This document shows, piece after piece, positions 10,801 to 22,800 of a DNA stretch of 64,000 nucleotides (its first letter is position 1; each line of letters begins with the position of its first letter). This stretch comes from Hypanus sabinus. Lineage: Eukaryota. The notes under the pieces were generated by a model that did not search any database, was not told the DNA's origin, and saw only the letters and a list, made by a program, of their open reading frames with translations. The position numbers were made by a program, and so were the translations under genes. The DNA lies in NCBI RefSeq assembly GCF_030144855.1, contig NC_082727.1, positions 18,538,001 to 18,602,000 of the forward strand, written 5' to 3'.

Positions 10801-13800
10801 GAAACCCGGCAGTTTCAATGAAACCGCATGAACAGAGGCGGCGTCGGTCATTTCTGGTCCAAAAACCGTTTGGACTGTCGGGGTCACCAATTGTAGCGGT
10901 GTGCTACATGCAGCGCTAAAATTACGACATGGAGTTGGTAACTGCAGTCGAAGGAAAAACTTTATTCAAAATCCTCAGCCTCACTTTTAAGTCTCCCTCA
11001 ACCTGCCCCCCGTGGCGCAGAGGCTCCAAAGCTCTCTGCTCGCAAACCCCCGTAGGCTATCTCCCTTAGCCAGAAAGCTGGCTAATTGTGAGCCGGTTCG
11101 GATGTGCCAGGAAATGGGACGCCACAACGCTATCGTTCCCACTTCCACCACCGCCAGCAGTCCATTCAATGTACTCACCACCCTCTGTATTTATATATTT
11201 TTTTAAAAAACTTGCCCCTGACATCCCCTCTGTACCTACTTCCAGGCACCTTAAAACTATGCCCTCTCGTGTTAGCCATTTCAGCCCTGGGGAAAAAAGC
11301 CTCTGACTATCCACACCATCAGTGCCTCTCATCGTCTTATACACCTCTATCAGATCACCTCTCATCCTCCGTCGCTCCAAGGAGAAAAGGCCGAGTTCAC
11401 TCAACCTATTCTCATAAGGCATGCTCTCTAATCCAGGCAACATCCTTGAAAATCTCCTCTGCACCCTTTCTATGGTTTTCACATCCTTCCTGTAGTGAGG
11501 TGACCAGAATAAGCACAGAAACTTGTCGGGTTTAGGGGATTGGGACTAAACCAAAAGTAATTGGGAAGGGGGTGGAGGGAACCCTCAGGCTGTCTTTTCC
11601 ATGTATCACCCCCCCAGCTTCCAACTTCACCCCCCCCCCACCCCCAACTGGCTTCACCTATCACTTTCCAGATCCTTTCCTTCCCCTCTCTCTATCTTTT
11701 TATTCTGGCTTCTTCCCTCTTCTTTAAGGACTGGAAGGAGTCTCAGCCCGAAACGGCGACTGTACTCTTTTCCACAGATACTGCCTGACCTGCTGAGTCC
11801 CTCCAGCGTGTGTGTGTTGTGGATTTCTGGCGTCTGCAGAATCCCGCATGTTAGCGACGAGAGATGTTGGGTTTGTACCTGTGTGCTGGCAGCCCCTGAG
11901 ACGGTGAACTCCCAGTTTGTGGCACACCTCACCCATTCAAACACTGCACTTCACTTGGCCCACAGGCGGCAACAATGAACTTGTCTAGCTCCGGCATTAC
12001 GGTGGAGCGTCCACAACCTAAAGCAGTCCGCACAAGATGGCCAGTGGCTTTCTGTGCCTGCTCCCCTGCCCTCAGGAATCTTTACCCATTCAACACATTA
12101 AATGTTGATAACCTGTTCATTCCATCACAAGGCCTTAAGACATAGGGGCAGGATTAGTCCATTCAGCCCATTGGGTCTATTCTGCCATTCAGTCATGCTG
12201 TTTGTATTTCCAACCCCATTCTGCTGCTTTTTGAATTGAATTGAATTTTGGTTTATTGTCATGTAGAAACCACAAATGCAATGCAGTTAAAAAATGAAAC
12301 TATCTTCCTCCAGAATGATATCACAAAAGCACACGACAAAACAGACTACACCAGAAAATCCACGTAACGTTTGGCAATCCCCAAATCCAGAGTCCGGAGA
12401 GGCTGCTGTGTATTAATATTGTGCGACCATCTTAGCGCATTCCCCGGAAAGGAGCTCCAAACCCACCAGACAAAACGACGACCCAGACACACCAAGTCAG
12501 GAGACCAACTCTACCACCCAACAAATCAAAAACTAAAGCCACAAGACCTACACAAAACCACATAGTTACAACCTATAGTTACAACAGTGCAAACAATGGC
12601 ATAAGTTCGAAAGAAACCATCACACAGTTTCCACAAATCTTCAGTAAACCCCCTGACTAATCAAGAACCTATCAACCTCTGGTTTAAATACACCTGTACT
12701 GCCCTTACCGAGGAGTTGTAACATCAATTAGACAGTCAACCAAACTCCACTCAAAAATGACACGAGGGTCAGATTTTTGTGTCCGAGCTTTTTGCAGACT
12801 CAATGCCATGGCATGGTGAATAAGGAGTTGAAAAGCAATGCTTCTGCTGGGGAAGTAACAAGATGGTTTTAGACAGAAACTTCTTTAGCTCCTCACGTAA
12901 ACCTTTGGCCTACTGTCAGCCACTGTGCTTTTATACTTCCTGGCTGCACAGGAAGTGACCTAATACAGAACTGAAACTGCTCATTAAAATAAAGGGTGAG
13001 TGTCCTGAATCACATTGGAAAGCATAAATGAATTACCCAAAGGGCAGAACAATACCTAATGATTTGTCCCCCTCCCCCCCATAGTGATTTGTGGCAATGA
13101 ATTCCACAGATTCACCACCCACTGGCTGAAGAAATCCCTCCTCCTCTCTATTCTAAAGGGATGTCCTTCTATTCTGAGGCTGTGCCCTCTGGTCCTGGAC
13201 TTGTGGAGGGTCCTCTCCATATCTACTTAGTCAGGTCTTTCAGCATCTGGTAGGTTTCAATGAGATTTTCTTCCCCCACCCCCCACCCCCAAATCCATCA
13301 AGTATGGGCCCAGAAACATCAGACACACCTCATATTTTAAACCTTCTATTCTTGAAATCATTATGGATCTCCACCAGACCCTTATGGATTTCCTTGGATA
13401 CGGGGCCCAAAATTACCGTATTTCAAATGTGGTCTGACCAGTGCCTCCGCATTATGTCCTTTTGTATTTTAATCCCCTCAACTCAAGGACCAGATTATTC
13501 ATCAGCTGGAATAATTGTAACAAAACTCTGATTTCATTCAGCCTAACACACACAATACTGGGGGATCTCAGCAGATCAGACAGCACCTATAGAGGGGATT
13601 ACTTGGGAGCAGTTTTTATTCATTGTACCTTGAAGTGGGCTTTAGAGGATTGGGTAGCAGGAGATTCTGCAGATGCTGGAAATCTGGAGTAACACCACAC
13701 AGAATTTTTGGAGGGACGCAGCAGGGTCTCGCCCTGAAGCATTGGTTGTTTGTTCCCCCTCCGTAGATGCTGCCTGACCTGCTAAGTTCCTCCAGCAGTT

Positions 13801-16800
13801 TCTGTGTGTGTTGTTTTGGTGCACGGTGATAAGGTGCTCTGGCACCAGGAGGTGCATCATGGGAGTGTTAAGTTCTCAAAGACTTGCCACTCACAGCTTT
13901 TGACCCTGTGGATGGTTTTACTATCCCTTCTCTTCTATTCCCTGCTCTCGCTTCTTATCCCTTCTCCTCACCTTCCTATCACCTCCCCCTGGTGCCCCTC
14001 TTCCTTCCCTGTCTCTCCTTTCCAGTCAGATTTCTTCTCCAGCCCTTGGCCTTTTCCACCTTTCACTCCAAGCTTCTTACTCCCCCACCCCCAACCTGGT
14101 TTTACCTATCGCCTTACAGCTTGTATCCCTTCCCTGTCCCTCCACCTTCTTATTCTGACATCCTTCCTGTGTTTCAGCACCTAAGTTACAGAGAAAGGTT
14201 GAACAAGTTGGGTCTTTATTCTTTGGAGCATAGAAGGTTGAGGGGGGACTTGATAGAGGTATTTAAAATTATGAGGGGGATAGATAGAGTTGACGTGGAT
14301 AGACTTTTTCCATTGAGAGTAGGGGAGATTCAAACAAGAGGACATGAGTTGAGAGTTAGGGGGCGAAAGTTTAGGGGTAACATGAGGGAGAATTTCTTTA
14401 CTCAGAGAGTGGTAGCTGTGTGGAACGAGCTTCCAGTAGAAGTGGTACAGGCAGGTTCGATATTGTCATTTAAAGTAAAGTTGGACAGGTATATGGACAG
14501 GAAAGGAATGGAGGGTTATGGGCTGAGTGCAGGTCATTCGGACTAGGTGAGAGTAAGCGTTCGGCACAGACTAGAAGGGCCAAGATGGACAGTTTCCGTG
14601 TTGTAATTGTTATATGGTTATCTTCCTCTTTCCTGTCCAGTCCTAATGAAGGGTCTTGGCCTGAAATGTTAACTGTTTATTTCCATCGATGTGTGTGTTG
14701 CTCTGGATTTTCAGCATTTGCAGGAAGTCTTGTGTTTATGATTTTACCATTCTTCTGTCTCACTTTCCCTCGTAACCACTACCCCAATGTGGAGAGATAG
14801 CTTAAAGGGACCAGTAAACTAGAGGCCTCAATGAACAAAGTAGATTTTTAAAAACAAAATGTTACTAATAATGAACTCAGAAGCCTACTTGTCCACTGGG
14901 GTTTGTTGCTGGGCCCTGGTCCACAAAAGTGGTTGACTATTGCTCTTTTCAGGGGCCAAGTAAGTGAAACGTGTCAGTTTTTGCCCCGTCCATCTCTGCT
15001 ACCTGCCAGTTGCACTGGCACAGTGTCCCCGGGGAGTCGCATCGTGGAGCTGTTCTACTGCTGGTTTGGTCAGGGCTTCTCTTGTTCTGCAGTGCATTGT
15101 GGGCAGGATACACTGGCACAGGGATGTCTGGTGATTCCTTGCGAACAGCCCCCAGCCCAACCCTGCAAGAGCTTGCTGCGATCTTGGCCTTGGAGCGCTT
15201 TGTTCGACAGCTTTGTGCCGGGCAGTGCGTGCACAGCAATATCTGGTGCTGTGTTGGTTCGCGACAGTGCGATTTGATGTACGTGTGCAAAGGAAGTTGG
15301 TCGATCTCAAGCCACAAATCTGTGACTCCTGGTGCCTCAAAAAAGGCGGCATGTCATAGAAGACCCCTGTCACCCAGAACATGCCCTCTTCGCATTGCTA
15401 CCATCGAGGAGGTACAGGAGTCTGAAAAGGGACACTCAATGCTTCAGGAATAACTTCTTCCCCTCCACCATCAGATTTCCAATTAGACAATGAACCCATG
15501 GACAAACATCAATATGATTATTTCCCCCTCTTTTTGCTCATTTAATTTATTTTTAGTGTTTATAATCTTACTATGGTAATTCGTAGTGTCTATTATTGGG
15601 TAGTGCCACAAACCAGCAGATTTTACAGAGTATGTTAGATGTTGGAACAATTCTGGGTGATGGCTCCCGAGGACCGTGCATTTAGTCCGGTGTCCAGGCG
15701 TGGAATAAAGGTCACACCCTAAACTACAGCTGTGGGGAGCATTTCCAGCAGTAACTATCCCTGTGATCATCCCAAAGCATTGCTGTTTGAAGTACTTTGT
15801 CCGACAGCTTTGTGCTGGGCAGTGTGTGCACAGCAGGATCCAGCAAACCACCATCAGTTGGATGCTGATCAACTGACAAAGGAGCCGGAAGAGCCCAGTG
15901 GGTCGGGCAGCATCCGTGGAAGGAAGTGCGCAGTCAACATTTCCGGTTAAGCCCCTTCATCGGGACTGGCAAAACAGGGGAGGCACACAATATATAGAAG
16001 GGAGGAGGGGGAAGCATGAGGTGGATCAAGGTGAGTGGGTAGATGGGTGGATGGGGAGGGAGAAGAGGGAATGAGAACTGTCAGCAACGGGGCTGTGCTG
16101 GGTGGAAGAAGGTGGAATCTGATGGGAGATGAAGGTGAGCCATGGAATACAGGGAGGGAGATGAGGAGGGAGTGTGTGGGTGATGGGCAGATGGATCCAG
16201 AGGGGATGAGGGGGTGGTTACTGGAAGTTTTGGGGTTTGTAAAGGGACCAAATAGCACATGTAGTGTCCTGCAATTTCATAAGACAAGTTAACAGAGCAG
16301 GCTTAGGCCATTCAGCCCATCGAGCCTACTCTGCCATTCCATCACAGCTGATTTATTTTCTCTCTCAACTCTATCTCCTGCCTTCTCCCAGTAACCTTTG
16401 ACACTCTTACTAATCAGGAAGCTGTCAATGTCCACCTCAAATACACTCAGAGACCAGGCCTCCGCAGCCATTTGTAGCAATGATTCAGCACCCTCTGGCT
16501 GAAGAAATTCCTCCTCGTCTCTGTTCTAGATGAACATCCTCGTATTCTAATTTGGTGCGTGTTGCTCAAGGTTTCCAGCATCTGCAGAATCCCTCGTGTT
16601 TATGATTTCCTTTCGGATGCCACTGGACACCTGCGGGGTATCTGTCAGTGAGGTGGGACCTCTGGCATTGCAGTCCCCCACTCCCTGTGGTGCAGGGGCA
16701 TCCACTGCAAGGATCTGGGCATCGCTAGTCCCTGTTCCTCAGGGTTGGCAGTGAGCTGAGAGGCCAGCTCGCCCGTGACACAGAATGGAAGTCAACAGTG

Positions 16801-19800
16801 AGTCTGCAACCAGACTCTGCGAGACAGGAGACTTCCCTCTTTTTAGATGGTCAGATTCCTGTTGCAAACCAGATCCCAGACGGCTAAGAGTGGTGATTCT
16901 GTAGCCGGTGTGATTCAAACTCCGTTCTCTAGATTGTTAACCCAGGCCTTGAGATTGCATAAGAAATAGGAGCAGGAGTCGGCCATCTGACCCATCGAGC
17001 CTTCTGCGCCATTCAGCAAGATCCTGGCTGTGGGCGCAGATCCTCCTACTTGCCTGTTCCCCAGAACCCTTAATTTCCCTGCTGTGCAAATTGTGTCTGA
17101 AGCAAAGCGTGGAACAGTTACAGCACAGTATGGGCCCTTCGGCCTATGATGTGCCGATCTATATAAACCTACTGCATGGTCAATCTGACAGCCCTTTGCT
17201 CTCTATTTTTTTCTTGCATCCATATGCCTATCTAAAAGTCTCTTAAATGCCCTTACTGGGTTCCACACACCCCCACCAGGCTGTGTGATTTCTTAAAGAA
17301 AACTAACTTTGATATTCCCACCCACCCCTTCCCCTCATTCTTTCCTCTAATCACCTTATGCCCTCTCTAATTAGCCAAAAGAAGTCTCTGGCTGCCTGCG
17401 ATCTATGCCTCATATGTTATACACCTCTCCTTCTCCATTGCTCCGGAGAGAAAAGGCCCATTCTATCCTCACAAGACATGCTCTCTAATCCAGGCAGCGT
17501 CCTGATGAATCTCCTCTGCCACTGTCTGTCAACTCCCCTAAACTTTCCTCCCACTTCCCCACCCCCCCCCCACCATAAATGGCTGTCCTTTTATATTGCC
17601 GAGGAGGCTGCTGAAACGTATTTAATGAGGTAGCCTCAAGTTCTTCCCTGAGCAGCGAATTGCACAGATTGACTACTCTGGGAAAGGCACTTCCTTCTCA
17701 CCTTCGTCCAAGGACTGGGGAGGCTATCGACAGATAGGTGCTCAGTCTCATCAGGGAATGGGACTCTCCCATAATGACGCCACATCTTGCATTTGAGCGT
17801 GAAGTGAGTTTCTGCCGGCGGCTTCCCAAGAGGCCGAGGCTCACCGAGGTTTCCATGGGAAGCTGATGTTTAGTGCTGGATTACATGCGAGGCTGATAAT
17901 CCTGCAGTGGCCGTGTCTTAGAAAGATGAGTCACCCAGAGGCGACTGTGGTAACCCACGAATCTCCTCAGCGTTCAGTATAAAAGCAGCACTCTAAGCCC
18001 TTCTCCATGCCTCGGCTAAAGATGTCCAGTGATCTGTGCCCATTGCAAAGTAAACCGCAGGCGTGGGTTTCTCATGCTGAGGGAGTTCCAGTGTGACTTT
18101 AGAGGCTTCTGTCTTGATGGAAAGGTGGAGTATGGCCAGCCTGATTTCATCTGTGCTTGTATTACAAGCGGCAAGCTGGAGAGAGTGTAGGGAGGATTTA
18201 CAGGGTTGTGGCCAGGACGCGGGCTTGACGTATAGGGAGCCGTTGTCCGGGCTAGGACTTTATTCCGTGGTGTAAAGGAGTGTGGGAGACCAAGGAGCGG
18301 CTGTGGAGGTGTATTAGCGGAGAGTTTATTGCTGGAGCTGCAGCCCCCCATCTGGGTTCAGTCCTGCCGCTGTCAGAGTCGGGTTTAATATCGCTGGCAT
18401 TTGTTGCAAAATCTGCTGTTTTGCAGCGACTGTACATTGCAATATACATTAAAAACTGGAAGTTACAGAAAAGTGTGTGTGTGTGTGTGTGTATATTGAC
18501 ACTTGGATATGTAGTGCAAAAAGAGGGGGAGGGGGAGTGGTGAGGTGGTGTTAGTTGTTCAATGTCCATCTGTCTGTTGGAATTTGTCTGTTCTCCCTGT
18601 GACTGTGTAGGTCTCCCCTCACCCACCTCGAGCTCCAGATTCCTCCCACATCTCAAAAACAGGCAGGTCAGTGGGTTGACTGGCTGTTGTAAATTGTCCC
18701 CCAGTATGTGGGTAGGGGATAAAATCTTTTGTGGGGTGGGGGGAGGAATGTGGCAGGGTCAATGTAGGATTAGTATAAATAGATGGTTTTCAGATTTGGT
18801 ATGGACTTGATGGGCCTGTTTCCTTGCTGTCTCTCTCTGCTCCTTGATTTTATATAGAGAGACTTTATAGAACACTATAGAGAACTTTATGGAGACTTTA
18901 GAGAACACAGATTTTCTTTCACTAGGAAAGGGGAACTAAAAGCTGAAGACATGGTTTTAAGGTGAGAGGGAAAGATTTTAAAGGGACCCAGAGGACATCT
19001 CCTCACAGAGAGTGGCAGGTGTGTAGAACGAGTTGCCAGAGGAAATGTTACAAGGCAAGTAATATAAAAATCTTCAAAAGATACTTGGATAGGACAGGAA
19101 GTAGAGGGATATGGGCCAAGTGGGACTAGCTCCGGTGGGCATATTGCCTAGTATAGACAAGTTGGGCTAAAAGGCCTGTTGCCCTGCTGTATTGGTCTAT
19201 GACCAGAGGTGATTGCAATGTGTATCCAGGATTTAAGACTCTCTAGTTGCTTGGAGCATCGATTTGGGTGGTGAGTTGGTTGTTTCATTTAAACTAAACA
19301 GCACTGTTGCAATGTGGACTAACTTTGATTTCACTTGCAGCCCAATGCCCGTGGGATGGAACCTGCGTTTGGGGATGCTTTTAGAAGCTGCACGTGTTAC
19401 TCCTTGGATCAAACTGTTGCCAGCCCAGACAGCAGCCCAGACTCCGGATTCCTGTACGAGCAGGTACAGCGGCAGTGAATGTTTCCACAGCGTAAGGCAT
19501 GAAGGGCGGTTAGCAGGGGTAGGAGTTGATGTCAACCCAACAACTGTACAGTGGACATGTTCCCATCTGGGTACGGCAAGAGACAAGGGGGCAATTGCCA
19601 CAGAATGAGAAGAGCATTTTGCCCAAGTTTCATCTACTTCTTAAAATAAGCCTCCAATGTCCTGTAAACTCTCTTATTTCACATACAGTGGCACAGCAGC
19701 TAATGTAACACCCTACAGTGGAAATGATCAGGGTTCAATTCCCACCACTGTCTTTAAGGAGTTTGTACGTTCTCCCCATAACCTCTGGTGCTCCAGTTTG

Positions 19801-22800
19801 CTCCTGCATTCCAGAGGATTAGTAAGTTCCGGGCATGCTATGTTGCCGTGGTAACACTTGCAGGCTGCCCCCAGCACATCCTCGCATTATGCTGGGCATT
19901 GACACAGAGGACACATTTCACTGAATGCTTCAAAGTACATTTGACAAATGAATCTAATCTTTAAATCTTTAATTCTACTCTGAAAGTTGCCAGTCAGCCC
20001 GAGATCCTTTCCGTCAAAATGTTCCAGTTTTAGTGCAGTGGGCCGAGTGGCCTCAATGAATGGGGCCATCACGAAGGAGCCTCACCGTTTGGGACTCGTC
20101 CTCGTCTCAATACTACCATCCAGGAGGAGGTACAGGAGCCTGAGGGCCCACACTCAACGATCCAGAAGCAGCATCTTCCCCTCAGACTTCAGATTTCCAT
20201 GAGAACTACCTCACTGTTCCTTGTTTATTGATTCAGTAGATTATAGTAATTTTGTGTTTTTTTTTGCTCTGTACAGCTGCCACAGATCAACAACTTCCCA
20301 GTCTCAAGACAAGCGATAATAAACCAGTTTCTGGAATGTACCGAGGGATGCAGGCTGCGCACCCTTCAACCCTCTGGAGGCCGAGGACCTGTTGTGACCC
20401 CCTGCAGAGGGTGGGCTTGACGGTCATCGCTAAATTCCCACCACCAGGGGTGGGGGAGGGGCGCAATTGACCTCAAACTTGGCCTGACAGGAGGGACAAC
20501 GATGGCTTTGAGGGCATTTGATAGGTCAAAGTACATTCAGATCCATTTTCTTGCAGGCCTTTACAAGAAAATAAAAAATACAGTAGAATTTATGAAAAAC
20601 CATACCAGAGTGACAAACAACGAATGTGCAAAAGAAGACAGACTGTGTACTTAAAACAATACTGAGAATGTGAGTTGTAAGGAGTCCTTGAAACTCGACC
20701 TCTGGGTCATAAAATCACTTCAGAGTTGTGGTGAGTGAAGTTATCCATGCTGGTTCTGAAGCCTGATGGTTGTAGGATGATAACTGCTCCTGAATCTTGT
20801 GGTGTGAGAATTAAGGCCCCTGTACCTCCCGGTCGATGGTGGTAGTGAGAGGAGAACATGGCTTGGATGGTGGAGGCTCCTGATGATGGATGCTGCCTTC
20901 GTGTGGCACCATCCCTGTGGATGTGATCAGTGGTGGCGAGGGCTTAGCCTGTGATAGGATGCCTGTATCCACCACTTTCTGTAACTTTTCCAGTCCGTGG
21001 GCATTGGTGTTTCCAGATAAGATCGTGATACCACCAGTTAGGATACAGCATTTAGGAAGGAGAAGGGAAATCTGGCCGAGTGGTGCCACAGCTTGTCACT
21101 CTATGTCAGCAAGAACAAGAAGCTGATTACTGAAGAAACCAGAGGTCCATGAGTCAGTCCTCATTGGAGGATAAGAGGTGGATAGAGTCAGCAACTTTAA
21201 ATTCCTCAGTGTCCTCATTTCAGAGGACCTGTCCCGAGCCCAGCACGCAAGTGCAGTTATGAAGCAAGCATGGCAGTGCCTTTACTTCTTGAGGAGTTTG
21301 TGAAGATTCAGCATGGCATCTAAAACCCTGACAAATTTCAATAGATATGTGGTGGAGAATGTATTGGGCTGGCTACCTCACAGCCTGGTATGGAAACACC
21401 AACGATCTGTCCTACAAAAAGCAGTGTTATGTTTAGTAACTTCAAAACGTTTAATTCAAAGGAAACACAAGCAAGCTGGGAATGCAAGACTAACTTTAAG
21501 TGAGGTGCGCATTGTGACACGTTGCATTGTAAGCCATCCATGCATTGTTACATATAACCACAATGAACCATGTAAACAAAGAATGCTTAATCTAACAATA
21601 TATTTACTCCTCCCTGCTTAAATGGAAACTTCAACTCAATATACATCTCAACTTTATGCACAGTGAACTATTATCATGCAGCCTCAGTACAGTATAGTCT
21701 TTTTTAGGTTGTCTCATTCGGGCCTAAAGATTTAATTCCTGTGGAGGATTTCTTGCTTGATGTGGGTGAGTGAGGGAATCGCTCTGTTTGGCAGGTGAGG
21801 CTTGCGGCAGAGAAACAATCTCAGGTTCTGCCTCCTCCTCTGTGGTGTGTTGTAGGAGTTGATTCCAAGACTGCAAGAAATGGTCTTTTTTGTCCCCAGA
21901 AGGGTGCACGACAGCTCTGGGAACCCTCCTTCTTCCTTTTTCATCTTCTAGGAAGAGCATCTTGATCTAGGGAAGGAGCATGAGTGTTCTGTTATTAATC
22001 CTTTTATTGCTCCCTTTATCGTCTGATCTCTCTGTTTCCTCAACCACAACATCCTCTGATGAATCCTCTGTTTTCTTATCTCCATTGACTTCTTCCTTTT
22101 TGGCCATCCAGCTGGGCTTTTGGCCTTTGTATCTGCTTTTATAAGCAGCTTTCTTATCTCATACTTGCAGTTCATGCAATAACCTTAATGCACGCTGAGT
22201 AGATTCTGGTTCTTTATACTCTCAAAAGCTGAATGTGTGCAACTTCCCTGAAGCTCCTTGAACAGCTTAAAACCAAGCCACATTTCTCAAGTAACTTCCT
22301 GATTAATAGATCAGGAGGTTTCTCAGATATGTTGCTTACAAAAGCTGTTGTAGTCGGACCACTGCTTTAGTAGCTTTCACAATTCCTCCAAGCCAATATG
22401 CTTTCCAAACAGAGGCACAGAGATTGGCACCAGCGTATGGTTGCCCTCCGGGCAGTAGTTCATGGTGCGCAACATGGAGACAATTGTGGCATCATCTAGT
22501 AACTTTCTTAATTTGCTTTCAGTTAACTCTCTATTGCAGGGGTGTGGTGAGGCGTGTAAATGGTGGATGGATCTCCAATTGAGTGGTGTCTCTGCCACTC
22601 ACACCCTTGTCTGCTGCCCTCCTTTTTGCCATGTACATGCCCCTAGTGGCTTGTTGGTTGTTATATTTCACTGTTACGAACATCATTCCCCACAAGAGTT
22701 ATCCTTTCTCCACTATAAATTTTTAGTTGAATAGCTGCAGGCTTCAGCTGATTATTTTTGAAATGCTGTTCAAACTCACTTTGTGGTACGACTGAAACAG

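Larger units (their letters stand above)
8885..11515 (-). mobile_element. CR1 LINE 3' fragment, host of the Gypsy insertion
   Basis: [15 protein letters not shown]...[20 protein letters not shown] (CR1 ORF2 C-terminus) at 11131-11515. The 3' tail continues at 8885-9036 on the other side of the LTR element. Nearly identical family copy at 29500-30380. Confidence 0.85.
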
